DNA of 64,000 bases from Candidatus Omnitrophota bacterium (lineage in GTDB: Bacteria; Omnitrophota; Gorgyraeia; Zapsychrales; Zapsychraceae), in contig JAJDCB010000011.1 of NCBI GenBank assembly GCA_029261065.1, forward strand, positions 111,168 through 175,167. The letters are read 5' to 3'. Numbering within the stretch: the first letter of the stretch is position 1; every line of letters starts with the position of its first letter. The position numbers and the translations under genes were made by a program. The notes beneath the pieces were generated by a model. That model made no database searches. It was not told the origin of the DNA and worked only from the letters and a program-made list of their open reading frames with translations. Below are positions 24,301 through 34,095 of the stretch, in pieces.

Positions 24301-26118
24301 TTACGTGCGCAAGAATTGCTTATCCAAAAACCCCTCACTCATCTCAATAACCGTCGGCCTTCCATGAGGGCAGGTAAAGGGATCTAAACATTGAAGTAAT
24401 TGTTCGCGTTGATATTCGGCTTGTTGTTGATTGAGTTTATCTCCAGCCATGATGGATGAGCGGCAGGCTCGGCGGGCGATCGTGTCATGGTCGCATTTGG
24501 AGATGTTTTCACCAGCCAAGAGATGGCGGACGGCTTTCTCGACATCTTTGATGAGTTGTGGGTAGGTGTGAATGGCTATTGTGTCATCATCCCATTGTGT
24601 ACTTTCTAATCCCATTTCTTTTAGTTTTTCTTTCGATTCTTCCCACACCAAAATTTCTTGAGGAGTAAGTTTTATTGATACAGGGGCAAGAAGATGTTGC
24701 ACTTCTAAGTTGTTGTTTTGCATTTGGCGAATTAATTGTTCGTAGGTGATGCGTTCGGCAGCGGCATGTTGGTCGACAACTAAAAGGGAATGACCCGATT
24801 CAAACAAGATGAATTTATTGATAAAGGATCCGATGTATCGCGCTTGTTCTAATTTTAATTGCAAACTATCCTGACTTTGTGCGTTTAAAGCATCATCGGG
24901 AATAAACATCTCTTGAGTTTGTCCGCCACGGGGATAAGCGTATTCTTCTAACGCAACTTCTCTTCTTGGAGACGCGCTGGAAGAAGAGGAATCAAATAAT
25001 CGTTCGGGGGGGCTGTCTGGTTGTCGCTCATAAGGGTTGCTTGCCGAAAGCGCGCGCGAAATAGTGTTGTTACCGGTGGCATCGTCATCATCATCAGCGA
25101 CAACCGCTTGTTTACTTTGACCTTTTGACATTAACGTGTTCTGACATAAGATTCGTAATAACGAACATAACCCACGTTCATCTTTAATTTTAACCTCACG
25201 CTTGGTGGGGTGAATATTAACATCCACCTCATCAGCGGGAATGGTGAGGTCGATCATAAAAAAGGGAAAGAAATCTGGCGGCAAAATTAGACGGAACACT
25301 TGGTTTAAGTGAAAAGAAATACTTTTGTTAAAGACTGGGCGGCCATTGATAAAAACAAATTGCATGTCACGTCTGGGGCGCCGAATATTCATATCTCCTA
25401 AAACAACTTTGACCTTACAGCCGCGATCCGGAATGTCTTCTTCGGCTTCAAGGAGATGTTTAGAATCAAAATTAAGAGCCTCAGAAATACGGGTGACAAG
25501 ATTTTCTTGTGGCATAACATCAACAAGCGTTTTACCTTGATGCGTTAAAAGAAAACGAATGTCTTTATGATAGAGTGTGTAGGGGATAAAAGTATCGAGA
25601 ACTTGATGAATTTCTGTAGAATTTGTTTTTAAGAAATTTTTACGCGCAGGTGTATTAAAGAAAAGTTCTTTAATCTCAATTTCTGTTCCTTTGGTGTTAA
25701 AGGCGCAAGGTTTAATATGTTGCTTCTCAGAACCCCGTAAATAAATTTCCCAGCCAGATTCTTGAGCATCTGTTTTTGAACGTAAAATAATATCAGAAAT
25801 AGCAGCTACACTATATAACGCCTCACCACGAAAACCCAAAGACATGATGTTGAATAAATCATCAAGCGATTGAATCTTACTAGTCGCATGACGTAAAAAA
25901 ATTGTCTCAAGATCATCTTTACCGATACCAGAACCATTATCTTTAATATGGATAAGAGACTTACCTGCATCTTTAAGGTGTAGTTCGATAGATGTTGATT
26001 CGGCATCAATGGAGTTTTCCATTAATTCTTTAACGACGGATGCCGGACGCTCGATGATTTCACCGGCGGCGATTTTGCTGATGATGTCGGGGGGTAATAT
26101 GTGGACTTTATTTTTCAT
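24301..26118 (-). CDS. mutL: DNA mismatch repair protein MutL
   Basis: The N-terminus MKNKVHILPPDIISKIAAGEIIERPASVVKELMENSIDA is the canonical MutL GHKL ATPase start. The C-terminal dimerisation region ends ...GRPTVIEMSEGFLDKQFLRT. The 5' extension to 26229 in the track reads into the MITE-like element. Confidence 0.9.
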   Translation of the reverse strand: MKNKVHILPPDIISKIAAGEIIERPASVVKELMENSIDAESTSIELHLKDAGKSLIHIKDNGSGIGKDDLETIFLRHATSKIQSLDDLFNIMSLGFRGEALYSVAAISDIILRSKTDAQESGWEIYLRGSEKQHIKPCAFNTKGTEIEIKELFFNTPARKNFLKTNSTEIHQVLDTFIPYTLYHKDIRFLLTHQGKTLVDVMPQENLVTRISEALNFDSKHLLEAEEDIPDRGCKVKVVLGDMNIRRPRRDMQFVFINGRPVFNKSISFHLNQVFRLILPPDFFPFFMIDLTIPADEVDVNIHPTKREVKIKDERGLCSLLRILCQNTLMSKGQSKQAVVADDDDDATGNNTISRALSASNPYERQPDSPPERLFDSSSSSASPRREVALEEYAYPRGGQTQEMFIPDDALNAQSQDSLQLKLEQARYIGSFINKFILFESGHSLLVVDQHAAAERITYEQLIRQMQNNNLEVQHLLAPVSIKLTPQEILVWEESKEKLKEMGLESTQWDDDTIAIHTYPQLIKDVEKAVRHLLAGENISKCDHDTIARRACRSSIMAGDKLNQQQAEYQREQLLQCLDPFTCPHGRPTVIEMSEGFLDKQFLRT

Positions 26119-26134
26119 GGTTTTAAATAATGCT

Positions 26135-26354
26135 GCAAGGAATAACCAAGTTACAAGGTACAAGATATCCGGCCTACGGCCGGACCACTGTGGGCAAAAA
26201 AGAAACAATACCCAATTCCAAATAATCAAACATTTGGTAATTTGGTTATTTTCTGGTTATTTTGTAATTGATTGTTGGTTATTTTTTGCCCCGCTTTTTG
26301 CGGGGTCCCGCCAAAGGCGGGATAACTTGTACCTTGTAACTTGGTTATTCTTGC
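26135..26354. repeat. MITE-like element copy A (~220 bp), with terminal inverted repeats and internal GC-rich hairpins, between mutS stop and mutL start
   Basis: TIR GCAAGGAATAACCAAGTTACAAGGTACAAG...CTTGTACCTTGTAACTTGGTTATTCTTGC. Internal hairpins CCGGCCTACGGCCGG, CCCCGCTTTTTGCGGGG and CCCGCCAAAGGCGGG. Reverse-complementary to copy B. Confidence 0.7.
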
Positions 26355-26371
26355 GAGTTTTAGTAAATAAG

Positions 26372-28975
26372 CTATCTGTTTTTATTTATTTCTTTCTGCC
26401 ACGTCACCACCCAATTAACCACCTCAACCGGCGTCATCTCATTAACATCTAACGCCTCAATCGCCTCACGCATCTTGGCAGCTACAGGGTCTGGTGCAGG
26501 TGAAAACAAATTTAATTGATCTTCACTTGATGGTTTTGTATCAATTTGATTCTTAACATCACTCTTTAATTCTAATTGTGTCAAAATTTCTTTAGCGCGA
26601 TTGATGATATTATGAGGAATACCAGCGAGTTTTGCAACATAAATACCATAGCTATCATCTGTACTACCAGGCACAATTTTATGAAGGAAGATTATTTCAT
26701 CTTTCCATTCTTTAACGGCAACATTATAATTTTTTACACCAGGATGCTTCTCAGCTAAGACGGTTAGTTCGTGAAAATGGGTGGCAAATAATGTTCGTGC
26801 TTTTGTATGAGAAAAATGTTCCGCTAAAGCCCAAGCCAAACTTAATCCATCATAAGTGCTTGTCCCACGACCAATTTCATCAAGAATAATTAAGCTGCGA
26901 TCTGTAAAATTATTGAGGATGTCGGCGGTCTCATTCATCTCAACCATAAACGTGCTTTGTCCTTTACTAATATCATCATGCGCACCAATGCGTGTAAAAA
27001 TTTTATCCACGATACCAATATGAGCGCTTTGGGCAGGAATAAAACTGCCTACTTGAGCCATGATGGTAAGAATTGCTGTCTGGCGGATATAAGTCGATTT
27101 ACCGGCCATGTTAGGTCCAGTAAGAATAACAAGATGGTCGTCGTTGGAATCAAGTAAGGTGTCATTAGCGACAAAAGTCTCCGTTGTCGTCCGTTCCACA
27201 AAGGGATGCCGTCCCGCTTTAATATCAAGAAGCGCGTCTTCGTGAATGTGTGGGCACACATAATTATGTGATTGCGCTAAAACAGTGAAGGAATAAATAC
27301 AATCAATGGTTGCGATGTTGTGACAGAATTTGTGTAATTCGATGGAGTGATCAAGAATACGTTTTTGAATTTCTTGGATGATGCGATGTTCGATCTTTAA
27401 AATTTTATCTTGGGCAGTAAGAATTTTTTCTTCGTATTCTTTGAGTTTTGGTGTGATGTAACGCTCGGCGTTAACGAGTGTTTGTTTGCGAATAAAATCG
27501 GCTGGAACGTTTTTGGAATGTAGCTTTGTCACTTCGATGTAATAGCCAAAGACTCTGTTAAATCCAATTTTAAGCGAATTAATACCGCTGCGTTTGATTT
27601 CTTCCGCTTGCAAACTTTTAAGCCAACCTTGTCCTGTTTCTTGGATCGCACGCAACTCATCTAATTCTTTATCATATCCCTTTTTAATCACTTTGCCTTC
27701 GGGTTTGGATAAAGGAATGTCTTCATTAATCGTCTCTAGTAAAAATTTACGAAGTTCGGGGATATCATCTAATTGAAATAAACTATTGCTACCTTTAAGA
27801 GGTTTGATAACGTCATTGATTTTTGGTAATAGGTTTAATGTGTTTCGAATAGCCAGGAGATCTTTTGCATGAGTATAGCCGCAGCTTAGTCGTGAAATGT
27901 TTTTTTCGATATCAGGAATTTGATCAAGACATTCTTTTAGCTGCTGTTGAATTTCAGTGTGATCTTTAAGATGTTTGGTTGCTTCTTGACGTTGTTTGAT
28001 TGAATTTTCTTTTTTCAAAGGATGTAGGTACCAATAGGAAAATAATCGTCGTCCTAAGGGCGTTAATGTTTCATCAAGGGTTTTGATAAGCGTGTGTAAT
28101 TCTAGTCCGTGATAAGCGGCAGGAGAGATGTAAACAAAATTTTCGCTTGTATAAAGGGAAAGTTTATCCACATGTTGTAAGGGTTGTTTGTTCATCGCCT
28201 TTAGATACTCGATTAATGCACCCGTACTAGATATAGCAGAGTTTCGATCCTCGATTCCAAAACCGTTTAAATTTTTAACATGAAAATGATTCAGCAAAGT
28301 TTGTTTAGCCATATCAAGACTAAAGGTCCAATCGTCGCATGGGCTTAATGTGATAGTTTTGGATTGAAGAAGGGGGTTTTTAAAAATTTCTTGTATGATT
28401 TCTTCTTTAGATTCTGGATAAATACATTCATAAACAGGAAGTTTGGTTAGAAGTTCGATAAGTCGATGTTGATTTAAGGGAAATTGATTTGTTTGGACTT
28501 GACCGATCGCTGGATCAATAAAAGAAATTCCCATGTGTTTGGAATCAGGGCTAAGCGCAAAAATATAACGGGAGGCTGTTGAGTTTTCATCGAGGTAGGT
28601 TCCTGATGTAATGGTGCGAATGACATCTCGTTTGACAATGCCTTGAGCGGTAGCCGGATCTTCAACTTGTTCGCAGATAGCGACTTTGTGTCCTGCTTTA
28701 ATGAGACGCGCAATATAATTTTCAGCCGAATGATGAGGAACTCCGCACATCGGCACACGATTTGCACTTCCTTTTCCACGAGCTGTCAAAACAAGATCGA
28801 GGACCTTCGAACCGATCTTGGCATCTTCAAAAAACATTTCATAGAAATCACCTAGTCGATAAAAAAGAATACTACCTGGATGTTTGGCTTTGAGGGCTTG
28901 ATACTGGCGAAGCATGGGAGTTGTTGATGCTTCAGAGGACGTTTTTGAGGGCACGGTGGAGCTGGGCACGTTCAT
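26372..28975 (-). CDS. mutS: DNA mismatch repair protein MutS
   Basis: The start MNVPSS...TPMLRQYQALKAKHPGSILFYRLGDFYEMFFEDA matches the MutS N-terminal mismatch-binding block. A Walker A GPNMAGKSTYIRQ is present, and the C-terminal region is intact. The longer ORF to 29248 reads into repeat copy B. Confidence 0.9.
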   Translation of the reverse strand: MNVPSSTVPSKTSSEASTTPMLRQYQALKAKHPGSILFYRLGDFYEMFFEDAKIGSKVLDLVLTARGKGSANRVPMCGVPHHSAENYIARLIKAGHKVAICEQVEDPATAQGIVKRDVIRTITSGTYLDENSTASRYIFALSPDSKHMGISFIDPAIGQVQTNQFPLNQHRLIELLTKLPVYECIYPESKEEIIQEIFKNPLLQSKTITLSPCDDWTFSLDMAKQTLLNHFHVKNLNGFGIEDRNSAISSTGALIEYLKAMNKQPLQHVDKLSLYTSENFVYISPAAYHGLELHTLIKTLDETLTPLGRRLFSYWYLHPLKKENSIKQRQEATKHLKDHTEIQQQLKECLDQIPDIEKNISRLSCGYTHAKDLLAIRNTLNLLPKINDVIKPLKGSNSLFQLDDIPELRKFLLETINEDIPLSKPEGKVIKKGYDKELDELRAIQETGQGWLKSLQAEEIKRSGINSLKIGFNRVFGYYIEVTKLHSKNVPADFIRKQTLVNAERYITPKLKEYEEKILTAQDKILKIEHRIIQEIQKRILDHSIELHKFCHNIATIDCIYSFTVLAQSHNYVCPHIHEDALLDIKAGRHPFVERTTTETFVANDTLLDSNDDHLVILTGPNMAGKSTYIRQTAILTIMAQVGSFIPAQSAHIGIVDKIFTRIGAHDDISKGQSTFMVEMNETADILNNFTDRSLIILDEIGRGTSTYDGLSLAWALAEHFSHTKARTLFATHFHELTVLAEKHPGVKNYNVAVKEWKDEIIFLHKIVPGSTDDSYGIYVAKLAGIPHNIINRAKEILTQLELKSDVKNQIDTKPSSEDQLNLFSPAPDPVAAKMREAIEALDVNEMTPVEVVNWVVTWQKEINKNR

Positions 28976-29040
28976 AGGGAAGATGATAGCATAATGGGGC
29001 AGGGGTGGCGAGTAAAAATTAGAAAGTGAGGCAGGAATAA

Positions 29041-29288
29041 CCAAGATACAAGATATCCCGCCTTTGGCGGGACCAAGGCAAGATACTCCGCTTTTAGCGG
29101 GGCCCCGCGAAAAGCGGGGCAAAAAATAACCAATAATCAATTTTAAAATAACCAGAGAATGATCAATCAACCAAACGTTTGAATATTTGGAATTGGGTAT
29201 TGTTTCTTTTTTGCCCGGCCCCGCCAAGGCGGGCCGAGGTCCGGCCAAAGGCCGGATTTCTTGTATCTTGTATCTTGGTTATTCCTGC
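29041..29288. repeat. MITE-like element copy B (~248 bp), inverted relative to copy A, in the mutS upstream region
   Basis: TIR GCAGGAATAACCAAGATACAAGATA...TATCTTGTATCTTGGTTATTCCTGC. Internal hairpins CCCGCCTTTGGCGGG, CCGCTTTTAGCGG, CCCCGCGAAAAGCGGGG and TCCGGCCAAAGGCCGGA. Contains the reverse complement of GGGCAAAAAAGAAACAATACCCAATTCC found in copy A. Confidence 0.7.
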
Positions 29289-29402
29289 CAGTTTTACCCC
29301 CAGTACTCGGACATCCCCCCCCTTGCACCCCTATATATTAATGGTATACTTCCATCAGACGTTAAATTTAGGCAATAATCTTCCAAAATAAATGGGAGCA
29401 AT

Positions 29403-30494
29403 ATGATGAAAATTTTAAATATCACTGTTTATATATTTGTTGCAACATTTTTGTTTTCAAGTACTTACGATGTATCAGCTTTAGAGGAAAATCGTAGGAC
29501 CCCAGCGGATTTTCTTGTGGAGGTGGGCAAAACTGACCTTCAAAAGGGGAATATCCAGCAGGCCATTCATGAGTTTAGTAAGGCCCTTATGATGGACCCT
29601 CATCATAAGGAAGCCAAGCAGCTTTTAGTCCAATTTGGCATTGAAGATGGGCTGTATACTAAGCAAAAGACGCATTTAAGCCGCATTTCCGATATGGGTG
29701 ATCATATCCGCTCTTACCGCGCCAAACTAGAAGATTTAGAGCGTCAAAAGGCTGACCTTAAAAATCAATTTGCACGATTACAGGTTGAGCATTTTTCAAT
29801 TATCAGAGAAAATAAAAATAAAGACCTAGAGATTTCAAAGCTCAAAACCACAATCACCGCGATCCAAAAGACAGCCAATCATAATAAGGGTATTTATGAA
29901 GGCAAGGTCGGTCAAATGGATCAGGCAAACGAATATCATCGTGAAAGTCTGCTTGATATGCAGGAGGCGATGAACCAAGAAAAGGAAGCTGCATTAGCAC
30001 CGCTTGCTAATCATAGAAAATTGAAGCAAAATTATGAAGCATATCACGATAAATTCGATAAGAGTATTGAGTATTCTGCGTATTTAGAAGAGGAGTTATT
30101 AAGCCTTTCCGATAAATATCATTCCTTAAACAGTCAAATTTCTGATCAGTATGTTCATCAAGATAAACTGATTCATGTATTAGAAGATTATCTTAAGCTT
30201 CGTGAAGCAAGTTTAGACGATGCTTTGGATGAGGCGTTATATAAGCACGTTGATTTGACTCAGGCGGACAGTATGGTTTTAGCCAAATTAAATGAGCTTA
30301 TTGACTTACATGATGATGTGGATCAAAAACGAAATCGTATTGATGATCTTCATGATGATCTGATGATTAGTAAAGATATGATCTTGGATCGCAATAAGGA
30401 GATTAATGATTTACAAGAAGAAATACAAGGGGCGGATCATTATATTCAAATCCTCTTGGATGAGCAGCGCGAGAAGAGAGAAATGTTAGAATAA
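29403..30494 (+). CDS. Secreted or membrane-anchored coiled-coil protein (hypothetical)
   Basis: N-terminal signal/anchor MMKILNITVYIFVATFLFSSTYDVSALEE, a TPR-like segment, then a long heptad-rich region. Followed by an intrinsic terminator. Confidence 0.55.
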   Translation: MMKILNITVYIFVATFLFSSTYDVSALEENRRTPADFLVEVGKTDLQKGNIQQAIHEFSKALMMDPHHKEAKQLLVQFGIEDGLYTKQKTHLSRISDMGDHIRSYRAKLEDLERQKADLKNQFARLQVEHFSIIRENKNKDLEISKLKTTITAIQKTANHNKGIYEGKVGQMDQANEYHRESLLDMQEAMNQEKEAALAPLANHRKLKQNYEAYHDKFDKSIEYSAYLEEELLSLSDKYHSLNSQISDQYVHQDKLIHVLEDYLKLREASLDDALDEALYKHVDLTQADSMVLAKLNELIDLHDDVDQKRNRIDDLHDDLMISKDMILDRNKEINDLQEEIQGADHYIQILLDEQREKREMLE

Positions 30495-30555
30495 GAAATT
30501 CTGGCTAATCGTTCTACTCATGCTATAATTTATTTACCATAAATTATTCAACTTT

Positions 30556-30592
30556 ACCATTCCCCCTTATGAGGGAATGGTTTTATTTTTTT
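30556..30592 (+). terminator. Rho-independent terminator after the coiled-coil gene
   Basis: A perfect 9-bp stem ACCATTCCC / GGGAATGGT with an 8-nt loop, followed by TTTTATTTTTTT. Confidence 0.6.
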
Positions 30593-30594
30593 CT

Positions 30595-30909
30595 ATGAAA
30601 AAATGTCCTATATGTGAAGGTGAGTTTAAAGATACAGCAACACATTGCACACGATGCGTTGTTGAATTAGAAGAAATGAGCAAGGAAGAGGCCTTTGAAA
30701 AAGGTTTAAGCTCCTTAGATGACGACTACTCTTATTCTCAAGAAGGTCAGGAAGATGAGGGTGATGACAAAGATGAAGGGAAAGAAATCACCGTTTCTGG
30801 CTATCGCAAAGAAGAAGATGAGTTTTCTATGAGTATGGTAAAAGTCATTGTTATTTTTCTTGGTCTAGCTTTTCTCATGAATTTAATTTTCGTTATGTTT
30901 ATCAGGTAA
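30595..30909 (+). CDS. Small zinc-ribbon protein with an acidic linker and a C-terminal transmembrane helix (hypothetical)
   Basis: MKKCPICEGEF...HCTRCVV forms a CxxC...CxxC pair; the C-terminus is VIVIFLGLAFLMNLIFVMFI. The start was moved to the ATG just after the terminator; the track ORF begins at 30577, inside the terminator. Confidence 0.45.
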   Translation: MKKCPICEGEFKDTATHCTRCVVELEEMSKEEAFEKGLSSLDDDYSYSQEGQEDEGDDKDEGKEITVSGYRKEEDEFSMSMVKVIVIFLGLAFLMNLIFVMFIR

Positions 30910-31077
30910 TTTCGAAGCTTTAACGAAATTTCAGGTTGGTTTAATAACCCTGTAGTTTGTTTTGGGGTTCATAACTTTGATTAAGTAATTGTTATCCTCT
31001 ACAATGCCGAGACGTTATCCCGAGTTTAACTGTTTTTCATTTGTGAGAAATCATAAATTAGGAGAAGGCTGTTTCAC

Positions 31078-32802
31078 ATGAACCCAAAGGCCAATTCTCG
31101 GATTACGTTTCATTGGAATCTAAAATCTATTCTCGCCCTTTTAGTATTAATCTTTTCAGCGTTTTTATTGTATTTTCATACGCGTGATTTCAAATTAACT
31201 TATCTAGATGATAACGTTTGGATTCTTGATTATCATTGGTATTTAAAAGACATTAAAAACGTTCCCGCATTATTCACCAGTCCTGATTTTTTGTCAGGCG
31301 TTTTTTATCGCCCCATTCAAAACCTTTCTTTTATGCTTAATTCGTGGAGCACGGGACAAAACGTGGCTGCTTTTCGAATATCGAATATGGTTGTTCATTC
31401 CTTTAACATTTGTTTTATATTTTTAATTTTAAAAGCTATGAAGTATTCTTTAGAGGCTTGCTTTTGGGCAACACTTATTTTTTGTGTGCATCCGCTATTA
31501 ACCTCAGCTGTTGTATGGATTCCCGGTCGGACAGATGCTTTTTTGGCGTTCTTTGTATTATTGTCATTTTTATCTTTTTTGAAGTATCACAGCTCGAATC
31601 GTTTTCATTTTTTAATATGGCACATATTATGTTTTATTTTAGCTTTATTAACAAAAGAAACCGCTGTTGCGATTCCTGTAATGTCATTTTTGTATATTGC
31701 TTTTTTTTCAAAAGATAACATTAAACAAAAGCCCTATGTGTGGCTCTATTGTTGTTGGGCTCTTGTTATCGTAACTTTTCTCATTATTAGAGCTGTGATT
31801 CTTAAAGATTCTAGTGGTGTCAATGTGGCCGTTGCTTTTTCGTCAATGCTGTCCAATGCCCCTGCCATGATCTCTTATTTTGGAAAAGCTTTTCTGCCCG
31901 TCAATGTCTCAGTGCTTCCTATATTAAAAGATTTAACGTTAACATACGGTTTTATGGCTTTTGCTATTTGCGTCTGGGGTTTAAGTGTCTCCAAACGTAG
32001 ACGAACGTCCAATGTCCTCTATGGATTTTTATGGTTTCTGATTTTTTTAGCCCCATCCTTAGTGCTTAGTTTCTTGAAGCATGAATATAGGGTGTATATA
32101 CCTTTGTTTGGTTTGCTTCTTATTTTTTTGGAAATGGATTTATTTCGTTTTGATAACACCGTAGAGGATTCGAGTCAACGTAAAACGGTGGCTCGATTGA
32201 TTTGTGTGATTATTGTTGTTTGTTTTGCTGGGGTCACACTTACACATAGTCAACACTACAAAGACAGATTTGCGTTTTGGAATAATGCTGTTAAACATTC
32301 CCCTCATTCTCCTTTGGCCCAGCGTAACTTAGGGGCCATGTTATATTTAGAAGGGGATTTAATGCAGGCTGAGAAACATTTTCAAAAGGCGCTTGAGCTT
32401 AATCCTAAAGAACGAATGGCGCATAATAATTTGGGATTGATTTATGTGCAACAAAAACGATACAAGGATGCTGAGAGGGAATATAATTTAGAAATTAACA
32501 TAAATCCAACTTATGATAATGTATACTACAATTTAGGTCTGCTCTATTACTTTAATGGTCCGAAACAAAAGTCGAAAGAGCTTTGGCAAAAGGCTGTTGA
32601 ACTAAATCCCAAAAATGCGGGTGCTTATCTTAATTTGGCAAAGCTTGCGATGGAAGAAGGGCGTCTAAGGCAGGCTAAAGAATATTTAGATATTTTGCGT
32701 GAGAAGGGTGCGATTGGGGATGAGGAATATCAGAAGTATTTGCAGTTTATTGGACGTATAAAAAGTAATCGTGTCATCCCCGTGGAAGCGGGGAGCAAGT
32801 AA
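31078..32802 (+). CDS. TPR-containing GT-C family glycosyltransferase (TMTC / PMT_2-like O-mannosyltransferase homologue)
   Basis: N-terminal TM helix, then FKLTYLDDNVW...YRPIQNLSFMLNSW...NMVVHSFN, followed by ~10 TM helices and C-terminal TPRs (NLGAMLYLEGDLMQAEKHFQKALELNPK...). The C-terminal codons VIPVEAGSK are supplied by a REP-like element. Confidence 0.7.
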   Translation: MNPKANSRITFHWNLKSILALLVLIFSAFLLYFHTRDFKLTYLDDNVWILDYHWYLKDIKNVPALFTSPDFLSGVFYRPIQNLSFMLNSWSTGQNVAAFRISNMVVHSFNICFIFLILKAMKYSLEACFWATLIFCVHPLLTSAVVWIPGRTDAFLAFFVLLSFLSFLKYHSSNRFHFLIWHILCFILALLTKETAVAIPVMSFLYIAFFSKDNIKQKPYVWLYCCWALVIVTFLIIRAVILKDSSGVNVAVAFSSMLSNAPAMISYFGKAFLPVNVSVLPILKDLTLTYGFMAFAICVWGLSVSKRRRTSNVLYGFLWFLIFLAPSLVLSFLKHEYRVYIPLFGLLLIFLEMDLFRFDNTVEDSSQRKTVARLICVIIVVCFAGVTLTHSQHYKDRFAFWNNAVKHSPHSPLAQRNLGAMLYLEGDLMQAEKHFQKALELNPKERMAHNNLGLIYVQQKRYKDAEREYNLEININPTYDNVYYNLGLLYYFNGPKQKSKELWQKAVELNPKNAGAYLNLAKLAMEEGRLRQAKEYLDILREKGAIGDEEYQKYLQFIGRIKSNRVIPVEAGSK

Positions 32803-32845
32803 TAGTTGTTATCGTGCACGGGTCCCCGCTTTCGCGGGGATGACA
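32773..32845. repeat. REP-like palindromic doublet (copy 2)
   Basis: GTCATCCCCGTGGAAGCGGGGAGC ... GGGTCCCCGCTTTCGCGGGGATGAC. Overlaps the last 10 codons of the upstream gene and ends 14 nt before the next start. Confidence 0.7.
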
Positions 32846-32858
32846 TTACGATTAATTT

Positions 32859-34067
32859 ATGAAAACATATCATCCTCTTAAAAAATTTATATTTACCGTC
32901 GCAGCATTTTTTATGTTTGCGCTATTTATTTTTATTATCGCCGAAATTGCTTTTCGTATTTTTCGCGGCCCACCCAACCCTCTTTCAGAGATTACCCAAA
33001 AACATTCTTCTTTCCTTTTTCAACCTAATACTGTTATGGAAAAATCTTCATCTAAAGAAGGGGAGTTTAGTTATACAGCACGTATTAATAATTTTGGATT
33101 TCGTGGAGATAAGATAGCGCTTGAGAAAACACCGGGTAAGCTGCGTATTATGACCGTTGGTGATTCCTTCACGTTTGGTGTTGGGGCAGAAGATAATGAA
33201 ACGATTGCTACGGTTATTCAACAAAGACTGATGAATCAAGGCGTTGCTGTTGAGATGATTAATGCAGGTATTGGTCATGCCTCTCCGATAACTCATTATG
33301 TGAATCTACGTGATAACCATTTAAAATTAAAACCAGATGTTGTGATTCTTTTGTTGGATTTAACAGACCTTTGGGATGATTGGCATACGGAGCGTAATGC
33401 TGTTTATGACAGAGATGGTGATATTGTTCGTTTTGATCCGATGTTTATTAATGGTAAAAGGGATTGGTGGATTACAGCTATTCATCATAGTGCCTTTTGT
33501 AAATATATTCAGAATAAAGTTGTGCGTACATTTAAAAAAATAGGAGAGCTGGGATTTAAAAATTATTTTAAAGCGGTTGTTGAAGGAAAGAGAGCCAAGG
33601 CTGTCATTATTAATACAAAGAAAAATATCTCTCAAGAAGCACAGATTGAGTATGATGGATTATTGATGATGCGAGGGAAGGAAAAAAAAGATTTAATTGA
33701 AAAACATTGGGTACGCAGCGCTGGTTATTTAAAAAAGATTAAAGGGATGTTGGATGAGCGCAACATTCCTATGATTCTAGTAACTTATCCTCATGGAATT
33801 TATGTCGGAGCCGATGAGTGGGAAAAGGGTCGCGAGACATGGGGTTTTGAATTGGGAAAACGTTATACGGATTATTATCCATTTGAATTGGTTGCAAGTT
33901 TTGCAAAAAAAGAAGGAATTGCCTTTATAAATACCGTCGACAAATTTCCGATTAGTGAAGGACAAATATATTTCTATAATTGGGATGGGCATATGACACC
34001 TAAAGGATATCAAACAGTGGCTGAGGGTATTGTTTCAAACCATGTATTTAAAGATATTGTGAAATAA
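32859..34067 (+). CDS. Membrane-anchored SGNH/GDSL-family hydrolase
   Basis: N-terminal TM helix, then LRIMTVGDSFTFGVG, which is the GDS(L) block I of SGNH hydrolases. ~400 aa. Confidence 0.6.
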   Translation: MKTYHPLKKFIFTVAAFFMFALFIFIIAEIAFRIFRGPPNPLSEITQKHSSFLFQPNTVMEKSSSKEGEFSYTARINNFGFRGDKIALEKTPGKLRIMTVGDSFTFGVGAEDNETIATVIQQRLMNQGVAVEMINAGIGHASPITHYVNLRDNHLKLKPDVVILLLDLTDLWDDWHTERNAVYDRDGDIVRFDPMFINGKRDWWITAIHHSAFCKYIQNKVVRTFKKIGELGFKNYFKAVVEGKRAKAVIINTKKNISQEAQIEYDGLLMMRGKEKKDLIEKHWVRSAGYLKKIKGMLDERNIPMILVTYPHGIYVGADEWEKGRETWGFELGKRYTDYYPFELVASFAKKEGIAFINTVDKFPISEGQIYFYNWDGHMTPKGYQTVAEGIVSNHVFKDIVK

Positions 34068-34095
34068 GTTTGTATGATTTAAAAAGGGGGAAGAT

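Noticed and set aside
26009-26452. ORFs translated from the MITE-like elements (26009-26452 +, 29179-29391 +, 29187-29378 +) and the 5' extensions of mutL (to 26229) and mutS (to 29248)
   Set aside because: The peptides (IWNWVLFLFCP..., GPAKGGISCILVIPAS...) are read-through of palindromic repeat DNA. The real MutL and MutS N-termini start at conserved blocks downstream.
31410-31718. Internal + strand ORF 31410-31718 and antisense ORFs within the 32859 gene (33048-33296, 33360-33635, 33777-34013)
   Set aside because: They are embedded in well-supported longer CDSs (the TMTC-like and SGNH hydrolase genes) and are low-complexity translations.
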